This document shows, piece by piece, positions 32,334-45,660 of a stretch of 64,000 nt of DNA. Source of the DNA: Eledone cirrhosa (Eukaryota); contig OZ024742.1 in NCBI GenBank assembly GCA_964016885.1, forward strand, positions 332,568,001 to 332,632,000, read 5' to 3'. The notes below the pieces were generated by a model. That model saw only the letters and a list, made by a program, of their open reading frames with translations. It was not told where the DNA came from and ran no database searches. Each line of letters begins with the position of its first letter. Position 1 is the first letter of the stretch. The position numbers were made by a program, and so were the translations under genes.

Positions 32334-33500
32334 ACCACCATTACCGATGCTGAGCAAGTTGTTATCCTCCACGCCCGTAAGACCTTTCTATACCACGATG
32401 GATCTTACTGGATCAACAAGAAATTTCAGACCCCATTTGACGTTAGCATGGGAGCGAGTGACTCGGCTGAAATTAGCGACCTTGTGGGCTTGTACATCCT
32501 ACATCCCCTGAAGAACCTCTTTACCAGCCTAACCGGAGGGTTATACCGAGACGACGGACTCTTGGCCCTGCATAAGGTTAACCCCAGAACCACCGATTGG
32601 TTTCGGAAAAACTTAAGCTCATTCTTCTCTAATCTAGGATTTAGTATAACTATAGAATCTAATTTGACTAGGGCCAACTTCTTAGATGTCACTCTCGACC
32701 TAAATACTTCCCTCTATTACCCGTACCACAAACTTAACGAGTCCCTTAGATATATTAATGTTAATTCAAACCACCCCCAAAACATCACTGATAACCTAGT
32801 AAAAAGCGTCTCTATTAGAATATTTGGCCTCTCCGCCAACAAAGATATTTTTAACGCATCTGCCTCCTACTACAATGACGCCCTCGCCCGCAGCGGATTT
32901 AATGAAAAGATAACATACCTAGAAACCACCGCAAGATTGCAGAGGAGGAATAGACATAGGCAGATTAGCTGGTACAACCCTCCCTTCAATAGAGAGGTCT
33001 CTACACTGATAGCTCGGATTTTCTTCACTTTGCTGAAATTACACTTCCACATACAGCATAGGCACCACACCATCTTTAATAAGAACACAATAAGACTCTC
33101 CTACTCCACCACACCTAACCTAGCTAGGAATATAGCCAACCACAATTCTAAAAAATTAAATAGGCCAACCACCTCCGAACCCAATCCCCGGACTGGGGCT
33201 CTGTGTAAATGCCTAAATAAGGAAGCATGCCCACTTGAAAACAAATGATATCGTATACAAATGCGATGTCATCTCAGGCACCGATGATTGCAAAAAAACT
33301 TACATCGGCATGACCTCCAACATCTTTAAGACTCGTTGGTATGCCCGTACCCACTCCTTCAGAAGACCAGACAAATCAAACCAGACAACATTCGCCTCCT
33401 ATGTTTGGGACCTCAAAAGGAACTCCACCCCCTTCACGCTTAAATGGAAAATACTCCAGAAAGCGCGCTCTTACAACGGAAGACACAAGGGCTGCCTCCT
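32334..33500 (+). pseudogene. PLE RT-GIY-YIG, frameshifted at ~33246 and lacking the EN C-terminus
   Basis: FDVSMGASDSAEISDLVG, GGLYRDDG, ANFLDVTLDL, CKCLNKEACPL, then in another frame IVYKC...TYIGMTSNIFKTRW. Confidence 0.9.
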
Positions 33501-33765
33501 ATTGGCCCCTATACCTCCTTCCCACCCTACACCCACCCCTCCTCAACCTGAAATACGGCCACTAGGGTTATGTGAGTACCTCTTACCTATCTGCATTTTC
33601 TGCCTGTAGAGCTGTTTTTATATGCCTGTGTATATGCGTATATTTATTGAGTACTTATTTATTTGTATGTGTATATATTTGTGTGTATGTGTGTATATGT
33701 ATGTGTATGTATGTGTATGTGTATGTATGTGTATGTGTACACATGTATGCGTGTATATAAATATA

Positions 33766-33806
<41 letters not shown>

Positions 33807-33896
33807 ATGTGTATATATACATATGTGTGTGTATGTGTGTATATATATATATATATATATGTATGTGTATAAATATATGTGTGTATGTGTGTGGAA

Positions 33897-33988
<92 letters not shown>

Positions 33989-34527
33989 GCGTGTGTGTGG
34001 GGGGGTATTTGTGTGTATGTGTTTGTGTGGTTCTCTCTCTGTGTGTGTGTATATATGTGTATATGTGTATATGTGTGTGTGTTTATAGGTGCGCGCGAGT
34101 GTGTGAGTGTGTTTGTGAATGTGTCTGTTGATTTTTGGCATATAGTTGAATAGTTTAAGAGAAATTTGAAGATAATTGTATGATATGCACTCAATATTTT
34201 GAATTTGTCTACAGAATTCTCTACACCTTTGTCACTTAGTAGAACCTTAAAGAATTTAGCTTTTAAAGAATCTCCCCTTCCTTTAAATCTATCTACCATG
34301 ACTGACCCCCACTGATCTTATAGACACCTGTTAGCTTAAGAGAAACATAATAATAAGGAGTGGCACCCCATCCTGAACCTGTTTATAGAATTCTTTCAGC
34401 CTTTGTTACTCTAAAAATAAAAATAAACTATAGCTTTGTAGAATTAGCTTTTAATGAATTCCCTTTTCTATCAACCAATGACCTACACCCATCCCACTCC
34501 CCACCCTCTCCTACCACTTGTAGAGAC

Positions 34528-34536
34528 CTATAAATA
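34528..34536 (+). promoter_or_regulatory. Possible pLTR TATA box
   Basis: CTATAAATA about 30 nt upstream of the HHR, in otherwise C-rich sequence. Confidence 0.35.
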
Positions 34537-34558
34537 CCATACTTATTTTTTGATACCC

Positions 34559-34609
34559 AGATTCCTGATGATTTCTAAAGAATGAAACAGTTCTAGTCCT
34601 GTAGAATCT
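34559..34609 (+). ncRNA. Type-I HHR (intact core)
   Basis: AGAUUC-CUGAUGA-U-UUC uaaa GAA-U-GAAA-CAG uucuaguc CUG-UA-GAAUCU, with a GUA site. Confidence 0.88.
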
Positions 34610-34623
34610 CATCTATATTAAAA

Positions 34624-34657
<34 letters not shown>

Positions 34658-34699
34658 GTAGTATTAATAATACTACTATAAGAATACTACTACTACTAC

Positions 34700-34797
<98 letters not shown>

Positions 34798-35677
34798 TTA
34801 ATAAAGACAAACATTAGCTTTAGCCGCATCGTCAGATTAACGAGTCGTTGTCAACGAGGGATCGATCTGAAACAAAAAATCTGAGGCAATTTCGGCTTGT
34901 AAACATAAATTGCACAACACTTTCCTGTATTACAGCCCCACATTATACCCTAACGGATAGTACGAACTATACGCGGAGAATTTACGTCTTGATGTGGTAG
35001 CTAAGTATATGTTATGTTTATACCATTACTTATTTGTATAGGTAAGTATGTATTATCTGTATGTTTTGTGAAGGTACGTATACTTTCTCGTACGTATATT
35101 TGCTTGTATCTTATAGGCGTTTATATTATATTATATATACTGGTACATGTGCATATGGTTATGTGTATACGTGAGTTTTGCGTGTGTGAGTATGCGGGTT
35201 CGCACGTATGTAGGGTGTGTGTATATGTGTACTTTGCGTTTTGGTTGACGTGCGTTTAGCGAACATATATGTATTTACATGTAGGTATGTGTGTGCGCGC
35301 GTTATATACGTATTTATGTGTGTATATTTATATACGGCTATATAATTATCTGTATACACGCACACACACACACACATATATATATTTTTTTTAATATATA
35401 TTTTTATGTGTATTTGTTGTATACGTTCGTATGTGTGCGGGTACAGGCGTTGCATGGGTTCTGTTTCGTGCTTCTTTTTTTGTACGTACTTGTATTTGCA
35501 TACCCATGACGGGTGTTTTCGCGTATGCATGTGTATGTGCGTATATGGATGCACATGTGTATGTGCACGTATATTGATGCGTGCATGTATATATGCATTT
35601 TTGTTGATTTCAATCACCTCTGTAATTTATTTACATTATTCTTAACTCTGAAGCTGAGAATCATTCGGTTTCCTATG

Positions 35678-35955
35678 TAGAATTTTAGTCTACGACTTCA
35701 GTTATACCATAAATGTGGTTTTGTCTTTGCGTGTAATTGTTTTCACCGCTCCACATAATGACTTATTATATTCGTTTTTCCGTTCATTTCCAGAGAACGT
35801 CTCCATGAACCACCTAATAGAATATTAGTCTACGACTTCATTTATACCATAAACGTGGTTTTGTCTTTGCATGTAATTGTTTTCACCGTTCCAAATAAGG
35901 ACGTATTATTTTCGTTTTTTTTTCGTTGTTTGCCAGGGGACGTTTCCACGAACCA
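35678..35955. repeat. Two-copy ~140-bp tandem repeat
   Basis: tagaattttagtctacgacttca...gaacca is repeated at ~35818. Confidence 0.8.
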
Positions 35956-36101
35956 AAGTATCGTCTTCCTGTCTTCCTTCGGTTGCAACGTTTTCCGAAA
36001 TATTTACTTCTGCGTTCACAGATTGATATTTTTAGTTTCAGAAGATCCCATTAAGGGTGAAAGCAGCGATTGTTTGCTTAAAGTTTAATCTGTTATTTTA
36101 A

Positions 36102-36195
<94 letters not shown>

Positions 36196-36199
36196 TGTG

Positions 36200-36241
<42 letters not shown>

Positions 36242-36254
36242 TGTGTATGTATGT

Positions 36255-36689
<435 letters not shown>

Positions 36690-36690
36690 T

Positions 36691-36758
<68 letters not shown>

Positions 36759-36762
<4 letters not shown>

Positions 36763-37703
36763 TAAGGTAATGAATTCTTTTACAATGGAATCAGCTCGAA
36801 TGAGGAAAAATATCCCCTGAGCAGTGTATAAATTAATATGTATGTGATGAAACACAGATACCAACACATCTGTATATATATTGCAAAAGAAAAATTTAGC
36901 CAGATTGAAGTATACTAATTATTATACTACAGTTTGTCCATATCGAGTTAAAATAATAAATCAACGGAGACGAACTGTATTGCCAAAAGGCCGTGATGTT
37001 TAGACACATTTAAATTTCAAAATCACGGCCTTTTGGCAATACAGTTCGTCTCCGTTGATTTATTATTTTAACTCGATATGGACAAACTGTAGTATAATAA
37101 TTAGTATACTTCAATCTGGCTAAATTTTTCTTTTGCAATATATATACAGATGTGTTGGTATCTGTGTTTCATCACATACATATTAATTTATACACTGCTC
37201 AGGGGATATTTTTCCTCATTCGAGCTGATTCCATTGTAAAAGAATTCATTACCTTATTAATTTTAACTGCTCCTAGTTTGAGCTGCAAACCGTCTCATAT
37301 ATACGACTGTTATTTCTAGCAGTACGGTTATGAGACTAGTTAGATACTGTAAAGCCATGTGCGTCACACAGTCTTTTAAATTATTTAGAAGTGAAGCATA
37401 TCAATTTGTCTCTGGATGTTTACTGAGGAGAGCGGGACATGATATTCCTACACTTATTTAACTCAAAACATATTTCGATTTTAAAGTTTAAACTTATCTA
37501 CGGAACAGGTTTGATTTTGAAATTTAAATGTGTCTAAACATCACGGCCTTTTGGCAATACAGTTCGTCTCCGTTGATTTATTATTTTAACTCGATATGGA
37601 CAAACTGTAGTATAATAATTAGTATACTTCAATCTGGCTAAATTTTTCTCTTGCAATATATATACAGATGTGTTGGTATCTGTGTTTCATCACATACATA
37701 TTA

Positions 37704-37708
<5 letters not shown>
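36759..37708 (+). mobile_element. Retrozyme-like non-coding element: inverted arm, 518-bp unit and partial tandem copy
   Basis: 37022-37190 is repeated at 37540-37708, and 36759-37021 is an inverted copy. No ORF. HHR at the unit junction. Confidence 0.82.
37415..37542 (+). ncRNA. HHR with extended stem III (G12->A in this copy)
   Basis: GAUGUUUA-CUGAGGA-GAG...CUC-AAAA-CAUAUUU...AAAUGUG-UC-UAAACAUC. Stem I is 8 bp, GUC site at 37532-37534. Confidence 0.75.
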
Positions 37709-37771
<63 letters not shown>

Positions 37772-37798
37772 ATGTATATATATATATATAAATATGTG

Positions 37799-37842
<44 letters not shown>

Positions 37843-37846
37843 CACA

Positions 37847-37917
<71 letters not shown>

Positions 37918-38621
37918 TCGTGTGTGTCTCTGTGTGTCTGTGAGTGTGTATATATGTGTCTATGTGAAACGTTTTGTCCTACTGCTATTGATCTGACAAT
38001 TGATTTAAAACATTTTCCACATTATCAAATCTAAAATATAATTCGTTATATCAGTTTCATTTTCTTCATGACAATATATTATAAGTGGCAAGAAACAGTC
38101 ATACATATATACAAACTTAAACATATCCAATACATGGCTGCTTCAACATAGTGACTAAATATTTTAGAAATACCAATGTAATAAGTCCCGGTCTTAATTC
38201 TACTGAATAATAATATAATCTCGGATAAATAGGTCATGGCCGGTATGACTCCAATATTCCAGTCATCAATCAGAGATACAAGCAGGTGGTTAAAGGAGAG
38301 ATTCTTTGGAAGCTTCCAGAGAAATTCTACTTTATACTCACCCATCTACTTTTAACTTTAAATGATAAGAGGGTCAAATTTAGATCTGATATTAAGGATT
38401 ATAATTCAGTCTTTAGTTTTCACATCTTACAGCATAAGGGCAACTAAATATATTAATCAAAATCCATTAGTAGATGCTATGTATTTCCATCGATTACACT
38501 CATATTTTCGTCCCTCCACAAACCAAAAAGCATGATAAATGTCAGTTTCATTGCTATTAGCATATACATATATACGATAGCAATATATAATATGAAAATA
38601 TATCAAGGCAATGCACTCTAC

Positions 38622-38710
<89 letters not shown>

Positions 38711-38715
38711 ATATA

Positions 38716-39213
38716 TTTGTCTATTTCTCTCTTACTGCTTCCCCGTTCTCTCTGTTTCTCTCACCTTCTTTCGCCCCCTCTGTCAGTTACACTTTCTCTC
38801 GAATCAACGCTTCCTCGCCCTTCCACTCACTCACTCTCTGTTTCTCCCCTTCTCACTTCCTCCCGTTTGGCTAACAGTGGGCCTCTTCTTGCTTACATCT
38901 CACTCACGACAGACGTCTGTACCTTTCGCTCATGAAATCCACCCAGCTTATGCTGACCAGGACTACCATGTTGCTTGTTTATTTCCGTTCTTTGGTTTGC
39001 TTTTATCCTTCTATGTTGTTCACTTGTCCCCCTCGCTTTACGCGATTTACTTGTCCCAATAACTTTTTTTAGTTATTGCACGCACCAACTTCAGTTATCT
39101 GATTTTTAATGCGATGAAATACCAATGATGGTTGGAAAATCACTGACGAAGGACTATTTTTATCATATGTAACCTATGTGCAACCACGCAGTATTCTTCT
39201 TTCTTCTCATGTT

Positions 39214-39214
<1 letters not shown>
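38716..39214 (+). mobile_element. Family B diverged copy; its 3' end also at 19658-19730 (-)
   Basis: gcgatgaaataccaatgatggttggaaaatcactgacgaaggactatttttatcatatg. Confidence 0.65.
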
Positions 39215-39240
<26 letters not shown>

Positions 39241-39246
<6 letters not shown>

Positions 39247-39591
39247 GTGAGGTTTTTTTTACAAAATTAAAAATAACCGAGGTGTCCTACACGAGTGAAA
39301 GTATAAAGAAATAGAGATGAAATCGAAAATGCAACTGGAGTCTTATTTTTTTTTTAAATATATATATTTATTTGGTTCCTTTACCGGTTTCGCAGTTCTG
39401 CTTTTCAAAAGGTGAGTTGAGATGGAGGGTCTCTGGTTTTTCTCACAGATGTGAGAAAAACCAGAGACCCTCCATCTCAACTCACCTTTTGAAAAGCAGA
39501 AGAACTGCGAAACCAGTAAAGGAACCAAATAAATATATATATTTAAAAAAAAAATAAGACTCCAGTTGCATTTTCGATTTCATCTCTTTTT

Positions 39592-39595
<4 letters not shown>
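39241..39595 (-). mobile_element. ~290-bp near-perfect palindrome containing an HHR 3' half
   Basis: Axis at ~39449. Minus strand GAAA-CCGG-UA at 39391-39382. (TA)n flanks. Confidence 0.78.
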
Positions 39596-39682
<87 letters not shown>

Positions 39683-39950
39683 TTAAAATAACACATTAAA
39701 GTTTAAGCAAAGAATCTGTCTGTATATTTACAGTGCGGATTGGGTCTAACAATATTGGGTGCCAGATGAATGGGGCCCACCTACATATAGAATGCTATCA
39801 TTTAATTTTTATAATGAATAAATTACATTTTCGAAAAATTCATAAGTGGAAACAAAACAGTGCAATCAAATTTTTGCGGAAAATAACTTACCTTCACAAT
39901 AAAAAATTATTATTTATTTTGCGAAATCCAGAGACTTTCAATAATGACCA

Positions 39951-40406
39951 GAAGTCGACCCTAAATATTACTAACAGTTCTACGAAAACCATGAACAGCA
40001 CCACATCTTTTTAAATTTGATTTTGAAAGTAGGTTTATAATTATCAATTTTCTTTATAATTTTGTAGTTGTCTCGGTGGCGTAGCTGGAGGAATCGTAGA
40101 CAGTGGTGATCCTAGTCTGAAGTTCGATCCTGGTCGGAAGTAGGGTCTCCGGAATACCTTTTCAGTTTGTTTTCCTATTGGTGGTAAAATAAAAACTGAA
40201 AAGCTTACATGTACCTCTTGACTAGGATTGAACCCAGGGTCAGGAACTCCACCGTCTCTAGTACCCACCGCTAACCCACAGAGACATCTACGAAAGTCTC
40301 TTGAAAATGCATACTTATAAACCTACTTTCAAAATGTTCAAAGCAAAATGCTCTGGCATCGTTCCTATCTTTCTTAATATTATTGCTCCTACTTAAGGTC
40401 GACTTC
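39951..40406. mobile_element. MITE-like element with nested inverted repeats and two convergent tRNA-like heads
   Basis: Outer gaagtcgacc/ggtcgacttc, inner ttttgaaagtaggtttataa/ttataaacctactttcaaaa. A/B-box-like motifs at 40070-40136 (+) and 40220-40285 (-). Confidence 0.6.
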
Positions 40407-40623
40407 TAAATCATTTGGGTGTTCCATAAACTACATCCTTGTTTTGTTTCTCATCTATCTAGACTATATTTTAACCTGTAATCCATGCATCATTTCAGTT
40501 GCGCCTCATTCATTTCTCTCTCTCTCTCTCTCTCTCGGTGATATTTGAATCTGCTATGATTTGGGCTTACCTTATTCCTATATATATTTGCATATCAGTT
40601 AGATTCAAACTTACAATGATTGG

Positions 40624-40787
<164 letters not shown>

Positions 40788-40910
40788 ATATAAAATAAAG
40801 TATCAGTTATACACTGGTTAATTGCTGGCCTTGTGCCAAAAAGTAGGAGAAACAATTATATATATATATATATATATACAAACATATATATATATATATA
40901 TATATATATA

Positions 40911-43900
40911 ACTTTGATAACTTTGATAGGTTTCGGCCAGTATTGGCCCAGGCCGTGTCTAACTTAATAGCACCACCAGGCGAGGTCTTACAAATCAGTG
41001 TTTGGGCACCGTGGCCCACTCGAGCGGAGAGTTATTGTTTATGGAGGCATATTCTGGTGTAGGAGGCTTATCCGGGATTTCTTGAAGGAATTTATCCAAA
41101 GACTTCTTGAACTTGATGGGGTTTGTCTCTGCTTTGATGTGTTTTGGTGTAATGTTAAAGAGTGTAGGGCCAATTGAGGTGAAATAATTGTGCCGTAGTG
41201 TTGTTACGTGATGCGAGTGAGATTTTTGTCATGGGAGGATAGCACGGGGCCCAAGTTTTGGGTGTACACTAAAGGTGATGCCAACATCATTTGGGCAAAG
41301 CTGATGGAATATTTTCCACATCATACAGATAATGTAGCGCTCACGGCAACGTTGGAGAGAATAAATTTTGAGCTTTTCTAATCGACTCCAATAGTCAAGG
41401 CCTGTTATGACATCTATCTTTTTTCTAATAGACCTTTGGGATGCTTCAACTTTCATGATACTTTGTGTCGTGTGGAGTGACCAGAGTGGACAACAGTATT
41501 CAAGGTGGGGTCGGGCAAAAGTGGAGAAGAGAAGGATAACAGTGTGGATATTTCTCGACTGGAAAGTTCTGAGAATCCAGGAACACATTCTGCGGGCCAT
41601 ATCAAATTTGCTGTTTATATGAGTGGCCCAGCTTATGTTGTTGTCCACAATTACTCCCAGGTCTCTGATGTTATTGGATGCCACTAGAGTTTCATCCGAA
41701 GGAAGAGAGTATGGTAGTTTCAGGGCATCCTTTTTTCCAAAGTGGATTAATTCAAATTTATCCTCATTCAACAGCATATTATTCATTTCAGCTCATTGGA
41801 TAACAGCCAGTAGGTCTGACTGAAGGCAAGTCCAGTCACCCACCTCATTGATGACCCTTTGGAGCTTGGAATCATCTGCGAAGATTCTGGTGTTGCTGAG
41901 CTTGATGATGTCAGTAATGTCATTAATGTAGATGATGAAAAGAAGTGGGCCCAACACAGTACCTTGTGGGACGCCACTGCTGACTTTGGCAGGGCTTGAT
42001 TTTACTCCTTCGACTACAACATGCTGGGTTCTGTCCGTCAGAAACATTTGATCCGGTGTAGTAACCTTCCAGAGACAACAACATTGGATAGTTTTTTCAG
42101 TATAATCTTATGATCAACCCTGTCGAAGGCCTTACTGAAATCAAGGTAGAGGTCATCAGTGTTGGAGCCCTCTCCCAAGGCTCTCAAAACATCGTCAAAG
42201 TGATGCAGGATCTGCGTTAGGCAGTCCCTTCCGTTACGGAACCCATGTTGGTTGGAGTTCAGCAGGCCGTTGTTTTCAAGGAAGTGGGTTATTCGTGATC
42301 TCACCACCCTCTCAAATACTTTGATAATATGAGAGGTGAGTGAGATCGGGCGGTAGTTCACTGCAAGGGACGTATTTCCCTTTTTGAAGACTGGGACAAT
42401 GGACTGGGACAGAAAGTTTTCAGGAATATAACCAGTGTCCAGTGAGTTCCTCCACAGATTAGCAAGAGAAGATGCAAGTTGGTGTCGACACACCTTCAGG
42501 ACACAAGCAGGGAACCTGTTGGGGCCTACTGCTGAATTGTGTTTAATTTCGTTTATTGCCCCTAAGACATCAGGGGCGCCAAACGTTATGTCTGATATAG
42601 TGTGTTGGGCATTAACATCACTGATACGGCCCAGATCGGCTATATTAGGATTGCTGAAAACAGAGCTGCATTGTTTCTGCAGTATCTCGCCCATGGTTTT
42701 GGCATTGTCTTGGAGTGTGCCATTTTGATCAACTAGGTGCCCAACAGTGGAGACGGTGACCTTATGGTTTTTAGCAAATGAAAAGAACACTTTGAGGTTG
42801 ATTTTGATTTTCTCAATGGCCGACCTCTCTTCAGCTATTCCCTGGTTACTGATGATGGTCATCATGCATTGCTGGAGGTTATATTTTTTTGACTCAAGCA
42901 GGGTGATAGCCATTGAATGTGTGTGTTGCTGTTGGCAGTATTTTAGTGTGTTAATTTTTTTGTTTGTTCTTTATATTTTTCTGATAATTCTTTTTCTGTT
43001 TTGCGGGATACTGCATTTGTTTTTGTTCACAGGTTTTGGTGGGGTGTGTTTTCTACATATATTTGTGACAGTGTCTACAAAGATCTGCTAAGATGTTTTG
43101 ATGTTGGTGGAAGTGTGGGCGTGTGTAAATTACCAGTTGACATGTGATAGTTCGTTCATAATTGCATCCCAGTTGGCATTGTAGAGATCCATGTTATCAA
43201 ATGTGTGGGCTGGAAAGAGGACCCTGGGATTAGCTTTCGGCTGGTGGATTTTCAGGTTACATAGAGCCATGTCATGGTCTGAGAGAAGGGTTTTATCCAC
43301 TGTAATATTATGTATAGTATTAGTGTGGTTACCAAACACTAGATCCAGAATGTTCTTTTGATGCCTCGTTGGTGCAAGGACAAGTTGGGACAAGAAAAAC
43401 TCATTCATGAAGTCAAGAAATGACTCGACAGCCTCTTTGTCAGTGGTTGAGGCTGTGGAGCCTGGTTTCAAGCTACATGTAGATCAATCGACACATGGTA
43501 GATTAAAGTGTCACATCAAAAGTATGTTGCTAGAATGGCACTGTTTAATAAAGCATTTAATACTGTTGAAGCATTCTTTGAAGCAGAATATGGGTGTTTG
43601 TGGTTGCCTATAGAGACCAACTAATGTCAGGTTATTGGCTTTATTGTGCACAGTGACTGATTCACAGTATCCATTAGAGAATGTTGTGTTACCATCTGCC
43701 GTAAAGGAATCATGCAGGAAAATGGCAGTTCCACCCTTCCTTCTGCCAACACGATCCGCGCGGATGGTTGTGACATTTCTCACTCTTATTTCGGCCTCCC
43801 AGTGGGAGTTGTCACGGTGGGTCTCAGTAAGACTGAAGAAGGGGATGTGAAATGGATGGTTACCACCCCAATCCTAAATGAATTGGATCATCCATTTCTG

Positions 43901-44950
43901 TGCATTGATGGATGGACTGATACCTTGTGTATTGAGTAAGAATGTGGAGGCTAGTGTGGTGGCTGATTTTGACTGTTGCATGGGCTTGTTTTGTGATTGT
44001 GTGTCAGTGACAGCAAGGATGGTGTTGGATGATGGCTAAAACGTTTTTCTCTATCTTTTTTGCCAGGTTCATGGCTAAAAAAGAAAGATTTTTTGTGGTT
44101 ACAACATTGGATAGGGTTGCAGTTCCCTCTTTTGTTGTTGTTGTATTTGTAGTTGTTGTAATCGTGTCTTTATGAAAAGACTGGAACAGCATTACTTTTG
44201 TTGTTGTAATCATGTGTTGTGAGGAGACTGGAGCAGCATTACCGCATCAGGGGTGGCTTTATTGTGGTTTGTGGGTTGGCATGGAGCCCCTTTTCTGATC
44301 ATGCGTTGTGTCCCAGGAAAATGAGTGAAGAGACAGTCAGTCAACAGACATAGCCTCTCACGTTGGGAATGTTGGCAGATTTTGGGACTGCAACCTATAC
44401 GTGCGGGCAGCGTGATTTGGTGTTGGCTGGCAGTGTTAGTGCACCTAGTACACGGTAAATGGTTAAATATACAGGCGCTACGTGTGCATAGCCTCTGACG
44501 TAGTGGGTAGCGGCATATTTTGGGGTTTCTAGTATGTGTAGTGGGGGGTGCATACAGCTCCATAGATTTTTTTTTAAAAGTTCATTTGACTATGGCATGG
44601 TTGTGGTGGTGATGTTTGGGGAAGAAAGCATTAGTGTGATAATGATGATGACACCTGTGGTGGAAGAGAGAGCAGTGTTCCATTGCTAGCAGTTGATGTG
44701 GCAGAAGATGTTGATGTGGCAGAAGATAGTGACGCTGGTGATGGTGATGGCGATAATGGTGTCTGAGTGAGTGGCTGAGGGATGTTGTCATTCAGTAATT
44801 CAGCTATTATGCTTGAATTCAGTAGTGGTTGCTCCTGATTTTCTGGCTGTTGTTGTTGTTGTGGCTGTTGTTGTCGTTGTTGCTGTTGTTGTGTTTGTCC
44901 ATTGGAGTAAATATGTCGACGTTTTTCAAAATCGTTTTGAATTAGTTTGA
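40911..44950 (-). mobile_element. Near full-length, frameshifted CR1/L2-group LINE (CCCH-finger ORF1, APE endonuclease, RT)
   Basis: RT: NYRPISLTSHIIKVFER, QHGFR, YLDFSKAFD, GVPQGTVLGPLLF, IFADDSKL. EN: LTETH, GGTAIF, DLVF, LSDH. ORF1 fingers: ICRY...C..C..H. 3' tail (TATCAAAGT)2. The 5' boundary is approximate. Confidence 0.88.
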
Positions 44951-45470
44951 AAGAAACTTCTACATGTTTTAGTTTATTGTGTATCTGCTTAGCAGACCTC
45001 GTGGTAAATGTTTGAGCTGTTTTTTCAGCAATTTTATTCAGACATGACGCGTTAATATTTATTGTTTGGCACAGAGAAAATCATGTGTTTATTAAGAGGT
45101 CAATTTCATTTTCAGACCAATTTCATCCGTTGGGAGCTTGATGGTCAGTAGTCATATTTTTAATATTTTTTTTTACCCTTGTGTGCGTTTTAAGTTATTT
45201 GATATTTGATACGTGAGTGAGACTTTGGTTATTTGAAGAATTAAAGAATCGTGTATATATATATATTCTCTCTTATGGATGTGAGTTTGGTTGTTTGAGG
45301 ATGTTAATAGTTTTTGGTTATTTGGTTGTTTGAAGATATCCAAGGAAAAACGAGTGTATATAATAATTTGTAGTTAAGAAAACTTACTTGCGAGTTTGTA
45401 GAGAAAGCCCGTGTATTTGTGTAAACTGTTTCCTTATGTCAGTGAGCCTTTCGTTATTTGAATATATTAT

Positions 45471-45660
45471 GGCGGTGGATTGGCAGTATCGGTAGAGGGT
45501 CGGACGCCATGCTTTGATGCATAGAGTTACGGCCCTTGCTATTCTGAGTTCAAATCCCGCCGAGGTTAACTTTGCCTTTCATCCTTACGGGGTCGATAAC
45601 ATAAAGTACCAGTAATGTACTGAGTAATTTCTGGCCTTGTGCCAATAGTAGAAACAGTTA
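45471..45660 (+). mobile_element. Full-length tRNA-derived SINE
   Basis: A box tggcagtatcgg, B box gagttcaaatccc, body gaggttaactttgcctttcatccttacggggtcgataa. Multi-copy in the window. Confidence 0.8.

Larger units (their letters stand above)
32182..34623 (+). mobile_element. Second Naiad-like PLE, 5'-truncated, with inverted pLTR piece at its 5' end
   Basis: 32252-32331 is the reverse complement of ~34544-34623. An RT/EN remnant lies between. Confidence 0.9.

Noticed and set aside
33240-33255. TGA at a conserved Cys position (CPLENK*), suggesting selenocysteine as reported for some Naiad PLEs
   Set aside because: The frame also shifts here and about three residues are missing relative to the first PLE. 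A short deletion explains it, and I saw no SECIS.
40070-40285. Functional tRNA genes
   Set aside because: A/B-box-like motifs are present but I could not build convincing cloverleafs.
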